A stretch of DNA of 64,000 nucleotides, from the IMG/VR virus record IMGVR_UViG_3300025137_000020, positions 41,337 to 105,336 of that record, one strand, 5' to 3'. The stretch is from a virus. The notes beneath the pieces were generated by a model. The model was not told the origin of the DNA, made no database searches, and saw nothing but the letters and a program-made list of their open reading frames with translations. Positions 50,033 through 58,945 of the stretch are shown here, piece after piece; position 1 is the stretch's first letter; the number at the start of each line of letters is the position of its first letter. The translations under genes were made by a program, and so were the position numbers.

Positions 50033-50158
50033 TTATAGTAAACTTAACCACATGAAAAGGGCAATGGTGAAAGCTCCACCAAATACTCCTATTATAATTT
50101 TATCGGCGGTCGTGAGAAATCCGCGATCAGCGTTCCTTTGATTCATTGATTTTTTCAT
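50033..50158 (-). CDS. Small membrane peptide (41 aa)
   Basis: MKKSMNQRNADRGFLTTADKIIIGVFGGAFTIALFMWLSLL. Confidence 0.45.
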   Translation of the reverse strand: MKKSMNQRNADRGFLTTADKIIIGVFGGAFTIALFMWLSLL

Positions 50159-50165
50159 AATAAAT

Positions 50166-50242
50166 TGGCACCCCTACACGGATTCGAACCGTGGTTGACG
50201 CGATGAAAACGCGGTGTCCTAACCAGACTAGACGATAGGGGC
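50166..50242 (-). tRNA. tRNA-Glu(UUC) with encoded CCA
   Basis: GCCCCTATCGTCTAGTCTGGTTAGGAC-CGCG TT TTC AT CGCG-GGTTCGAATCC-TAGGGGTGCCA. Confidence 0.95.
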
Positions 50243-50268
50243 ATAAAATTCTTAATTTTCATATGTAT

Positions 50269-50297
50269 ATATTACCCTATTTGGGCCTTATTGTCAA
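50269..50297 (-). promoter_or_regulatory. Sigma70-type promoter TTGACA-17-TAATAT for the tRNA-Glu/halogenase/glyA unit
   Basis: Consensus -35, 17-nt spacer. Confidence 0.7.
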
Positions 50298-50766
50298 CTA
50301 CCAATTCTCGTAAAAATTGGACCTCCACAGTCTTCCTAAACTTACACCCTATGAAGGTTGTTTCAAATAGGGATCGTTTATCATTGGGTATTTCGTAAAG
50401 GGGCACTAAGGTGTACTCAGAGGTGTCAGATAGGGCATTTTCAGCCTTTGTAGCCAGCACACAGTCATCATATTTTACCATATATTCCCACCAATCGTCG
50501 ATTGATTCCCACTCTTTTCCTCGAGCTCGTTCGAACACTTCGAACCTGGAAATTGTGTGTGCTCGGTGAATTCCCTTTAAATCACTGAAATCCTTTGATA
50601 TTAGAAGATTCATAGCATCTTCAGTTATGCCACGTGGTCGCCAAGCACCTTTCCACGCCGAGAAACATGATGCCCATGCTCTAGTGATATACGACGCAGG
50701 TATTTCTTTACTATTAGCAAAATGCTTAAATATACCAAATAATTCTTGTTTCAGGTTTTCGTTCAT
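50272..50766 (-). CDS. Hypothetical protein, weak HNH-like pattern
   Basis: GIT..A, HRAH, CVLATKAEN. Confidence 0.55.
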   Translation of the reverse strand: MNENLKQELFGIFKHFANSKEIPASYITRAWASCFSAWKGAWRPRGITEDAMNLLISKDFSDLKGIHRAHTISRFEVFERARGKEWESIDDWWEYMVKYDDCVLATKAENALSDTSEYTLVPLYEIPNDKRSLFETTFIGCKFRKTVEVQFLRELVVDNKAQIG

Positions 50767-50773
50767 AAAATAA

Positions 50774-50801
50774 TAAGCAGTTTAAACTCGTGCTTAGGAG
50801 T
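50774..50801 (-). promoter_or_regulatory. Candidate H-type RNA pseudoknot 7 nt upstream of an ATG
   Basis: ACTC-C-TAAGCA-C-GAGT-TTAAAC-TGCTTA. Confidence 0.65.
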
Positions 50802-50824
50802 ACCCTATTAGATAAATACGATTA

Positions 50825-50989
50825 ATGAGAATAGCAAAATACTGTTTAGATATAACTGAATTTGAATGGCTCCCATGGTATAGAGCAGAGTTTGAGTTTG
50901 AAGACGCCCGCGAAGAAAAAGGATATGCTTATGTACATCGTGGGTGGTTGTGGTTTGTATTATCGCACCGCGTTAGTTTTGGCCAGTAG
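50825..50989 (+). CDS. Small aromatic-rich protein (54 aa), lone plus-strand gene
   Basis: MRIAKYCLDITEFEWLPWY...RGWLWFVLS; GATAAATA late-like site just upstream. Confidence 0.5.
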   Translation: MRIAKYCLDITEFEWLPWYRAEFEFEDAREEKGYAYVHRGWLWFVLSHRVSFGQ

Positions 50990-51140
50990 AGATATCTTTT
51001 ATTTCTACTTTAATCAAATCTTCTTTTAACTCGTCTTTCAAAACTTCAATATAATGTTCGCATTCTTCTTTTGGCATATCAATTGTAGTTCTAGGATGAA
51101 GAGTTCTGCCGTCTTTCTTTCTTGTGTAAGTTACTATCAT
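50973..51140 (-). CDS. Small hypothetical protein (55 aa)
   Basis: ATGA overlap with the gp41 stop; MIVTYTRKKDGRTLHP... Confidence 0.55.
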   Translation of the reverse strand: MIVTYTRKKDGRTLHPRTTIDMPKEECEHYIEVLKDELKEDLIKVEIKDISTGQN

Positions 51141-52513
51141 ACCGTAAATGTGCTGAAGTCTTGAGTGTTAGAAGATGCCGATTCACCAATTGTATATTCG
51201 TGAACGTCTGGCATTATATCTTCTTGAGCACTTTCGTCTAATTCATATAATCTCATCTTTGGTCGGTCGATGCCAACTACGAAGCGTTTGTTCTTTGTTG
51301 GGTCATTGTAACGGTTCTTTAATTGTTTGAACATTACTTGATTCATACCTTCGAGTTGCTCGGTAGATATCATCGCCAACATTAAGTCAGCTGTTGCCGG
51401 CAAACCAAATGATTCTGAAGTATCAGTTAGTTCTACATCAGATGAATTAAATCCACCACGAGTGACTTGAGTCGCTGACCAAATAGGAACATTGAACTCT
51501 GCCGCCAAACCGCGGACTTCTTCGGCGATTGCTTTTACCATGTGATAAGTATTTACTGAACCACTAAGACCTTTGATTCGAGCTGAACCACAGATGTTTA
51601 GATAGTCGATGTAAATCATATCTGGCTTGAAGTCTTTCTTTAATTCTAGTTCATTCAATAGAGCACGGAAGTGACCAGTATGAGCTGATGCAGTTGGGTA
51701 CTCTTTGATAATCAATCGACCTCGAGTCTTTGCTTTGATCTTGTCAATGTGAGATTCGAATTGATTCTTACTTAGAGCATTCAATTGGTCAATCTCAACA
51801 TCCATAAGATTCGCATCAATACGTTCAGCGATTCTTTCTTCAGCCATCTCAAGAGTAATGTATAGAACATTCTTACCTTGGTCTAATGCGGCTGCAGCAA
51901 AGTGACACATCGCGAGAGATTTACCAACACCAGTTCCTGCAAGAATAATGTTCAATGTCTTCTTAGTGATACCACCATTGGTGATAGTATTGAGCATTGG
52001 TATGTCAAACGGAACCTTCTCTTCAACCCTATGATAGAAATCAAATCGGCCAGAGAAGTCTTCGATGTAATCGTGACCTACATTCCTGTCAAATGAAACT
52101 TGAAGAGCTTTCTGTAGTATATCAGGTATTGCTCCTGTATCTAGCTCTGGCTCTTTTCCGTCTATAATCTGAATAGACTTCATAATGCCAAGGAAGACTG
52201 ATCGCTCTTTACACCAAGCTTCAGTGTGTTCTAACATCCACTTATCGTCAATCTTCTCATCGACAATACAGTCATTAATAATATCAAGAACGTCTTGATT
52301 GTTTTCTGTATTCTTGGCGGAGTTTACGAACTCGACCTGAAGAGTTGATTTAGACGGTAATGAATTATAGTCTGTAATGAACTTTAGAATTAAGTCATAA
52401 GCAATTCTGTCTTGACCTTCAAAGTATTCGGGCTTTACAAATGGTAATGCTTTACGAGCAAAGTGCTCATCATTACATATCTTCTTTAATATCAGTCGTT
52501 GTATGTTTGTCAT
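51137..52513 (-). CDS. gp41: Replicative DNA helicase gp41
   Basis: Walker A AGTGVGKS, YITLEMAEERIAERID, IKEYPT, DYLNIC, SATQ, SESFGLPATAD, KNRY. Confidence 0.97.
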   Translation of the reverse strand: MTNIQRLILKKICNDEHFARKALPFVKPEYFEGQDRIAYDLILKFITDYNSLPSKSTLQVEFVNSAKNTENNQDVLDIINDCIVDEKIDDKWMLEHTEAWCKERSVFLGIMKSIQIIDGKEPELDTGAIPDILQKALQVSFDRNVGHDYIEDFSGRFDFYHRVEEKVPFDIPMLNTITNGGITKKTLNIILAGTGVGKSLAMCHFAAAALDQGKNVLYITLEMAEERIAERIDANLMDVEIDQLNALSKNQFESHIDKIKAKTRGRLIIKEYPTASAHTGHFRALLNELELKKDFKPDMIYIDYLNICGSARIKGLSGSVNTYHMVKAIAEEVRGLAAEFNVPIWSATQVTRGGFNSSDVELTDTSESFGLPATADLMLAMISTEQLEGMNQVMFKQLKNRYNDPTKNKRFVVGIDRPKMRLYELDESAQEDIMPDVHEYTIGESASSNTQDFSTFTV

Positions 52514-52799
52514 TATCTGCGAATTCTTCTTCCAATATGTATTTTAATATTCTACTAATGTAGTCTTTGAATTTTCTACTTTCTTTTAGCTCGTCTGCGG
52601 TATATCTATTACACCCTTTGTTAACAAAGAACTGAAATTCTAAGCCTAGTTGGTCATTACCTTTATCCTCTTTCAGCGATACTTTGCCATATGTAAAGAT
52701 TGTTCCTTTGAACCTGCCCTCTTTAAGGTTGATGGCATATAGTTCTTGAGAATCTTTTTCTACATAGCTAAATGAGTTACTAGTTATCTTCTTCTGCAT
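52473..52799 (-). CDS. Conserved protein between uvsX and gp41 (gene-40 position)
   Basis: G.FKG.I..YGKV; synteny. Confidence 0.65.
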   Translation of the reverse strand: MQKKITSNSFSYVEKDSQELYAINLKEGRFKGTIFTYGKVSLKEDKGNDQLGLEFQFFVNKGCNRYTADELKESRKFKDYISRILKYILEEEFADNDKHTTTDIKEDM

Positions 52800-53835
52800 C
52801 TTCTACTTCTTCGGTTATCATTTGAACATGGCCTACAGAGAACTTGTCTTTGATAGCTTTAGCTAAGTCTGTCTTAGCAAAGATACCAGACCAAAATTCT
52901 TCAGTCAATGTTTCTTTCATTCGTTTATTACCAGTTAGTTCTTCTCCTGTCGCAGGATTAACTGCTTGATACCAGCCAACCTTTGGCTTCTTAACGTATC
53001 CTAATTGAAGAGCAACATCTGTAAGACCAGACCATTGTGCGATACCGCCTTCCCAAGTTACTGAGATAGGAATCTTTGACTTCTCTCGTACGAAACGAGA
53101 TTTCTCAACATTGATTACGAAGTTGTAACCTTTGATTTCTGTACCTTCTTTTTCTTGTTGCCTTCCGATAATCCATACATTGTCGGCTGAGTACATAATA
53201 CCAGTACCGCCTGAAACAATAGCTTTAGGGAATAGACCAATTTCTTGATACGTGTGATTAACTGCAAGAAGCGGAATGTTTTTCATTGTAAGATAAGGAG
53301 TAACCATACGGAATAATCCTTTCAATGCTTTTGCACGAGTCATGTCCGCGACTGATTTTTCATTGATTGCATCATCAAGCTCTTTCTTCGAAGCAAGGTT
53401 ACCAACCGAATCAATCATAACAATCACTTTATCACCACGCTCAATTAATTCTAACTGACCAACTAAATCAAATTTAAGTTGCTCTACATTAGGAATTGGA
53501 GTGTGAAGAACTCTGTCTGTATCGATGCCGAAAGCTTCGAAGTAAGACTGAGGTGAACCGAACTCAGAATCATAGAAGAGCAATACTGCATCTTCGTGTT
53601 TCTTGAGATAAGCAGCAGCCATCAACAATCCAAATGATGTTTTGAAATGCTTTGATGGGCCAGCGAGAACCGTAAGACCAGATGTTAGACCACCATCGAT
53701 TGAACCCGATAGCGCTACATTAATCATTGGAACAGATGTTTGACATACATCTTTTTTTGAATACAGGGCTGACTTCGATAGAATATCAGTACCTGCGATT
53801 TTTGAGTTTTTCTTTAATTTATCTAATAGGGACAT
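52780..53835 (-). CDS. uvsX: RecA-like recombinase UvsX
   Basis: AGPSKHFKT, YDSEFG, DSVGNLASKKE, DMTRAK, NHTY, SGGTG. Confidence 0.97.
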   Translation of the reverse strand: MSLLDKLKKNSKIAGTDILSKSALYSKKDVCQTSVPMINVALSGSIDGGLTSGLTVLAGPSKHFKTSFGLLMAAAYLKKHEDAVLLFYDSEFGSPQSYFEAFGIDTDRVLHTPIPNVEQLKFDLVGQLELIERGDKVIVMIDSVGNLASKKELDDAINEKSVADMTRAKALKGLFRMVTPYLTMKNIPLLAVNHTYQEIGLFPKAIVSGGTGIMYSADNVWIIGRQQEKEGTEIKGYNFVINVEKSRFVREKSKIPISVTWEGGIAQWSGLTDVALQLGYVKKPKVGWYQAVNPATGEELTGNKRMKETLTEEFWSGIFAKTDLAKAIKDKFSVGHVQMITEEVEDAEEDN

Positions 53836-53862
53836 AATTTATATTTTCTTAATAGTTATACT

Positions 53863-53891
53863 ATTATACATGATTCTTGCTAAGTTGTAAA
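53863..53891 (-). promoter_or_regulatory. Promoter gtcTTTACA-17-TATAAT
   Basis: Upstream of uvsX. Confidence 0.8.
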
Positions 53892-53896
53892 GACAT

Positions 53897-55090
53897 TTAT
53901 GCAAGGAATTGTTCTAAACTGTTCTCCTCAAGCTCGTGAGAAGTATTCGTATTGTTTTGTCTTATGAATTTAGTTTTCATAGTATCAAGCTTACCATCAA
54001 GATAGTCTTTAACTGACTGAGCCATATCTTGCGCAGTAGTAACTGGTACATTTTGACAAATCATATTGATGTTCTTCTTACCGCCAACTAATTGAAAGTC
54101 TTTCGGCATCCTCATAATTGACAGCGCTTCACGAATAGAAATGAATCTATCTTCGTCGGGGTGTATTAATGAAGTAGCAAAGTGTCCAACGAATGCTGAG
54201 GTATGACCTTTACCAAACTCAATTCCTCGTTTCATAATGTTTCCGCCTGCTTTATACTTAGCCTCAATTCTTAAACACTTAGCAGCTTCTTTATCAAATC
54301 CATTCGCAGTCATCCATTCAGCGACTTGCGGGTAAGGAATCTTTTTATCTTCAATATAGTTTAGGGTGTTAGTTGACTTCTCGATCTTAGCAAAGAACTC
54401 TTTATGGGTAATCCCGCCTTCGATTTCTTCAAGTATGTATCGATACCAAGGATCGTCACTCGGCTTCTTGTCATTAACCAATGCATTCATTGGGTCGTCA
54501 TCAGATACAAAAGCATTGCGAATTGTTTCTTCGATTGGCTCTTTCTCTTTACTAAAGTACGGCATATAAGGAACGTTCTCCGCGTTCCAAAAGAAGTAGA
54601 AAGAACGATTACGAACTTGACCTAATCCGTGAAGAGTCGACTTAGTCTTATAAAGAGTCATCGTATAACCATTATCGTCTGCAACCTTTCTGAGCTTCTC
54701 GACAACTGGCTTACCCATATTACCATAAAGACCAGGAGCATTCTCACCCCAAAAGACTTTTGGTTTAACCTCACTTAATACGTACTTAGCTGATTCGATC
54801 ATCCAATCATTCGCAGCGTTGTCAGCATTAGCATTTACATTTAACATTGAAAGACCAGCACATGGGCAAACTGAATTGACTACATCAACTTGGCCTCCGT
54901 GACTACCACCCTCATCCAATACATGATAAGGAACTTCGTTCTTGTAATGATTCAATAGCTGAGAATCATTCGCGCCGAAGGCTTTGTACGACATAATATA
55001 CTTTGGTCTTTTACCAAAGGCGTTTTGCATCGCGATTGTTTCTCCACCAATCAGTGGAATGATACTTGCATATGTATAATTATTTTCCAT
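53897..55090 (-). CDS. C5 cytosine methyltransferase-fold protein with an atypical motif I
   Basis: Motif IV PCAGLS, motif VI ENAPGL, motif VIII Q.R.RSF, HP.E.RFISIRE...P.DF, QNV.V; motif I is IIPLIGG rather than FxGxGG. Confidence 0.85.
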   Translation of the reverse strand: MENNYTYASIIPLIGGETIAMQNAFGKRPKYIMSYKAFGANDSQLLNHYKNEVPYHVLDEGGSHGGQVDVVNSVCPCAGLSMLNVNANADNAANDWMIESAKYVLSEVKPKVFWGENAPGLYGNMGKPVVEKLRKVADDNGYTMTLYKTKSTLHGLGQVRNRSFYFFWNAENVPYMPYFSKEKEPIEETIRNAFVSDDDPMNALVNDKKPSDDPWYRYILEEIEGGITHKEFFAKIEKSTNTLNYIEDKKIPYPQVAEWMTANGFDKEAAKCLRIEAKYKAGGNIMKRGIEFGKGHTSAFVGHFATSLIHPDEDRFISIREALSIMRMPKDFQLVGGKKNINMICQNVPVTTAQDMAQSVKDYLDGKLDTMKTKFIRQNNTNTSHELEENSLEQFLA

Positions 55091-55532
55091 TAGTTACTCT
55101 TTCTCTCAATTCACTGGTTGAAAAGGAATGCCGTCTTTTATTATAGTGGATATGGCATAACCCTTTCCCCGTGTGTTCTTTGTTTTTATATTCTTCTCCA
55201 CAGATTCTAATATCGGGGTTGATAGTTTGAATCATATCTTCTAAATCTTTTTCGCTTTCAAATGGTATTACTTCATCGACATACTGACAAGACGCAACCT
55301 GAACATATCTTTCAAAGATAGACTGAATAGGTTTGTTCTTTGTGTCGGGCCGATCCAGAGTTGGGTCTGTTAAAAGTCCTATAATTAAATAGTCACACAA
55401 TTGCTTTGACTCCTGTAGCATTACTACATGGCCTGCGTGCATTAAGTCAAATGACGATGCGGTGAAGCCAACTACTACTTCTTCAATTGGCTTATCTAGC
55501 TTCCGCGCTAGTTCTTTCTTATCAATAAACAT
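55080..55532 (-). CDS. Cytidylyltransferase-like nucleotidyltransferase (TagD/RfaE-II fold)
   Basis: FDLMHAGH (HxGH), KPIQSIFER, YVDEVIP, R.HSFSTSELR. Confidence 0.9.
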   Translation of the reverse strand: MFIDKKELARKLDKPIEEVVVGFTASSFDLMHAGHVVMLQESKQLCDYLIIGLLTDPTLDRPDTKNKPIQSIFERYVQVASCQYVDEVIPFESEKDLEDMIQTINPDIRICGEEYKNKEHTGKGLCHIHYNKRRHSFSTSELRERVTNGK

Positions 55533-56553
55533 CCTGTATTAATCCTATAATAAATTCTTTGTCGTGATGGTATTTTATCACTCGAGTCAATTCACACCGT
55601 ACTAAAATATTTATATCTTTAGCGCGGAGCTTATTGTAAGTGCATAATGTTCGTCTTGAAAGGTCAATCAATTCGGGCGTAACATTATTAATATAAAGGC
55701 TTGCAATAAACTTAGCGATGTCTAATTCAAGACAACCAAAGACATCGGGTATGGGGTCGATTAGAGTTAATCGATCATCGTCAAATAGTAGATTAGTTAA
55801 TCCAAAGTCTCCGTGAGCGAATGATTCTTCTGGCCATTCGATAAGTTTTAGTTCGTCAAATACTAACGCCCATAATACGTCTTGCTCTAGATCACACTCA
55901 TTGATATGTTTGCGGATTCTTTCTATGTACGTGGTAAAGTTATTTTGCTCTTGGTACTTTACCCTTTTGAATCGGTCTAAATTCTCTTGAATCATCGCCA
56001 ATGCACGATGAGGATGTCTAAAGAAGTACGTGTTGTCGTGGTTAATATATTCCATAGTCATAGTTTCACCTACGACTCTTTCTACATTAGGAACACTAGC
56101 GCCCGTCTTCTTTACTACTTCGAACCATTCATTCACCTCATGCGACCTAGCATCTGTCTTATGAACCAATCGGCCATCAGTATAAATGTCAGAGCCGGAA
56201 AGCCCGCCTTCTAGATTTCGTATATCAGTATCAATAAAATCTTCTGGTGATATACCTTTATCGTCTACATAGTATGCAGCTAATGGCTTATCAAACGAAA
56301 GACTGTTGTAATTTATATTGTGGTCAGATAGCCAACTCCTTATTTCTTCTCCATACTTCGCTTCAGCTTCTTCGCGAGTTTTGCAAGAGATAGAACCGCG
56401 GGCGGTGAAGATATCAATCTGCCAACCGTCTTTATAAAGTTTGTTTATCTTTTCGATTAGCGGTATATTTGGTTTAGCATCTTTAAATTTCCTGTTTACG
56501 GGAAATGCTAGTGTGTCGTCGAAATCTAATACTATACGTTTGTGATGTTTCAT
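55522..56553 (-). CDS. HAD phosphatase fused to an APH/choline-kinase-like phosphotransferase
   Basis: N-terminal DFDDTL, FTARG, KP.A.YYVDDK; C-terminal GGLSG, MEYI, HGDFGLTN, LIDP, DIAK. Confidence 0.85.
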   Translation of the reverse strand: MKHHKRIVLDFDDTLAFPVNRKFKDAKPNIPLIEKINKLYKDGWQIDIFTARGSISCKTREEAEAKYGEEIRSWLSDHNINYNSLSFDKPLAAYYVDDKGISPEDFIDTDIRNLEGGLSGSDIYTDGRLVHKTDARSHEVNEWFEVVKKTGASVPNVERVVGETMTMEYINHDNTYFFRHPHRALAMIQENLDRFKRVKYQEQNNFTTYIERIRKHINECDLEQDVLWALVFDELKLIEWPEESFAHGDFGLTNLLFDDDRLTLIDPIPDVFGCLELDIAKFIASLYINNVTPELIDLSRRTLCTYNKLRAKDINILVRCELTRVIKYHHDKEFIIGLIQDVY

Positions 56554-57953
56554 GCGAAAAATGATTCCAAAGAAGATGTTTCTTCTTCAGACTTTTGTTG
56601 TTTATTGTTTACTAAAATGTAATTTTCTCGTTTAAGATAAGAGCCGGGTGCAGTCATTATAACCTCACCCCTCTCACGTAAATCTTTTGCGGATGGAAAG
56701 AATTTATTTATGGCTTCTGCAGCATTGACTTTATTCTCTCTTTTGCCATGCATCAATATAGTCTCTAAGTACTTAGGCGCTAGATTGTCAATGTCGTTGA
56801 ACTTATAAATTAGTTCTCTGCAAGCTTCTCTCCTATCTACCCATTCATTTTTATTATGCCAAAGTCTATCGAGTTCTGCAGCCAAAGCTTCTTCTTGGTT
56901 AGCTTCTGCAGTAAGTGCGCAGTCATAATCAACCCATCTCTTACCTTCTGGCGAATAAGCGTTCTCTGCAAATTGTTTATTGAGTACGGGTAGAGTCAAT
57001 AGAAATGATTCGATCTGAGTGTATTCCATTCGTGTACCATATTCTCTTTCGTCTGTTAGTCGATAGCCACACCAAGAAGCAAACGATGCACCAAGAGTTT
57101 TCATACCCCAATCGTATGGATAAGATTCGTATGCATTTACGGTGACTTCTTCAATAGGCAACTTGCAATTGTGTTTGATATTACCGTCTTTATCAAATCG
57201 ATGTATACGAACAAAGTCTCTGAATGGTGGAATATATGGTCCAGGCCATCTGTGTAATTCTTTTTTGTCGTCAAAGGCTACTGAAGAAATCGATCTCTCG
57301 CAACCTACTAAAGATAATTGCCAATCGGCCATGTACTTACTTGAACGACAGATTAGTGCAGGGTCTTTTAATGGAGACATACGACCAATGTATAAAAAAT
57401 GTTTAATTGGTCCGTCAGTACGATATTTGTTATACGCGTTTGGTTCAATCCAAATAGGGTTTTCTATAATCCTATCTTTTAAACCTTCGTCGAAGTCTGT
57501 GTATGCTCTAGATGAAAGTCCGTCTTTAGATTGAAGAACTGCCACATCGGCATAAGAAAATAGTTCGCATGCCTGGGGAACTGAGTTGATAGTATTAACA
57601 GAGATGCCATGGTCGTGCATTACAACGATGGGGTCGTTTATCTTTTCAATAAATCGTCTGTATCTATCACAATAGTCTGTGTGTTTACGAATAGGAGCTG
57701 AGTGACAGATAAGTATATCACACTTATTAGCTACATCGATAATTCCTACTGAGGCATCTTGTTCTGAAGCTGTTACTTCTAGAACTTCACCTTTGAATTT
57801 GTTATCTTTAGCTCGGCCATATCGACCACCATTGATAAAATCAAATACAACGGAGTCATGGCCATTATCATATAACCACTTCTCAAAGAATAAAGCACCA
57901 CGAGTAACTCCACACCCATCGATACCTTTTCCAAAAACAAAACCTATTCTCAT
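56550..57953 (-). CDS. T4 alpha-glucosyltransferase-like DNA glycosyltransferase (GT-B)
   Basis: N-terminus MRIGFVFGKGIDGCGVTR mirrors T4 Agt (G(L/I)(E/D)GCGVT); HDH, YIGR...KDP, EYTQIE. Confidence 0.8.
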   Translation of the reverse strand: MRIGFVFGKGIDGCGVTRGALFFEKWLYDNGHDSVVFDFINGGRYGRAKDNKFKGEVLEVTASEQDASVGIIDVANKCDILICHSAPIRKHTDYCDRYRRFIEKINDPIVVMHDHGISVNTINSVPQACELFSYADVAVLQSKDGLSSRAYTDFDEGLKDRIIENPIWIEPNAYNKYRTDGPIKHFLYIGRMSPLKDPALICRSSKYMADWQLSLVGCERSISSVAFDDKKELHRWPGPYIPPFRDFVRIHRFDKDGNIKHNCKLPIEEVTVNAYESYPYDWGMKTLGASFASWCGYRLTDEREYGTRMEYTQIESFLLTLPVLNKQFAENAYSPEGKRWVDYDCALTAEANQEEALAAELDRLWHNKNEWVDRREACRELIYKFNDIDNLAPKYLETILMHGKRENKVNAAEAINKFFPSAKDLRERGEVIMTAPGSYLKRENYILVNNKQQKSEEETSSLESFFA

Positions 57954-57979
57954 ACTATTCTTAATAATTTATAAACACT

Positions 57980-58008
57980 ATTATACCATGATTTTAACAC
58001 AGTGTAAA
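57980..58008 (-). promoter_or_regulatory. Promoter gtcTTTACA-17-TATAAT
   Basis: Heads the four-gene GT/kinase/NTase/MTase operon. Confidence 0.8.
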
Positions 58009-58016
58009 GACAAAAG

Positions 58017-58190
58017 TTACATTGTCTTCGCGCAATACTTTAGCATAGTTAGTAGAATAACTACTCCACCTGCATACATGAGCATTGCTTGCCAGAAGTC
58101 TTTATTCTTCCAAAAAGTCATTGAACCATACTTAGGAGAACATACACAACATTCACTCTTATTTCGTTTTTTACTTTTTAACTTCGGCAT
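58017..58190 (-). CDS. Small basic membrane protein (57 aa)
   Basis: MPKLKSKKRNKSECCVC...TM; below the track cutoff. Confidence 0.45.
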   Translation of the reverse strand: MPKLKSKKRNKSECCVCSPKYGSMTFWKNKDFWQAMLMYAGGVVILLTMLKYCAKTM

Positions 58191-58332
58191 ATTCTCTTAT
58201 TCTTATTCCGTGCTCATTAATATAATCTTTAGTTGGCACTCTTAGTTTTTTCTTACCACTTTTGACATCAGCTTCGAACTGAGCAGTTTTTTCTTCAAGT
58301 ATTTCTTGAATTCGTTTTTTAAGCGATGTCAT
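58171..58332 (-). CDS. Small hypothetical protein (53 aa)
   Basis: MTSLKKRIQEILEEK...; fills the gap. Confidence 0.45.
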   Translation of the reverse strand: MTSLKKRIQEILEEKTAQFEADVKSGKKKLRVPTKDYINEHGIRIREYAEVKK

Positions 58333-58945
58333 CTACTTCTGACCCGTGGTTTTTGTCTCTTAAATTATAGTGGTCATCAGCCATATAAGGGTTTTCATCC
58401 TCTAGTTCTTTATGGTGATGTAACGTTTGTGGCTCACCTAAATGCTCCGTTATAGTATCTTTATTCTGTCCGTTAGTATTCCATTGCCAATCGTGAAACA
58501 TATTATATTCATCAACTGCTATACCAACGTATTTCATTTGAGCTTTGCTGAAGTTGCACCCAGATTTCCAGTTTTTTCCGTGTATTTCAATGTCTGGCAT
58601 GACTACTCTAGCAACACCAATTTGAATTAATCCTTTAAAGCAATCTTCGCAGGCGGGTAATCCGTGAACATAAACAGTTGCTCCTTTAAGTGATACACCA
58701 TGTTGAGTTGCATTGTAGATCATATTCATTTCGGCATGAACCATCAACTTTAACTTAGCTTGTCTGTCAATTAATAAGTCATCATCATCTACTACACCTT
58801 TAGGAAATCCATTGTAACCTGTAGCAATGATTCGCTTATCACTAACTGCGATAGCACCCACTTGGGTTGAAGGGTCTTTCGACCACGTAGCAACTTCTTT
58901 TGCTATTTTTAAAAATCTGTAGTCCCACTTATTCATTTGTTTCAT
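58319..58945 (-). CDS. cd: dCMP deaminase
   Basis: WSKDPSTQVGA, GYNGFP, HAEMN, ACEDC zinc ligands. Confidence 0.93.
   Translation of the reverse strand: MKQMNKWDYRFLKIAKEVATWSKDPSTQVGAIAVSDKRIIATGYNGFPKGVVDDDDLLIDRQAKLKLMVHAEMNMIYNATQHGVSLKGATVYVHGLPACEDCFKGLIQIGVARVVMPDIEIHGKNWKSGCNFSKAQMKYVGIAVDEYNMFHDWQWNTNGQNKDTITEHLGEPQTLHHHKELEDENPYMADDHYNLRDKNHGSEVDDIA

Noticed and set aside
51137-53835. Introns or inteins in gp41 or uvsX
   Set aside because: Both are normal length and uninterrupted.
55080-57953. Host-like capsule/LPS island rather than DNA modification
   Set aside because: Not fully excluded, but the GT is Agt-like, it has a clamp-type tail, and the operon sits between gp42/cd and uvsX.
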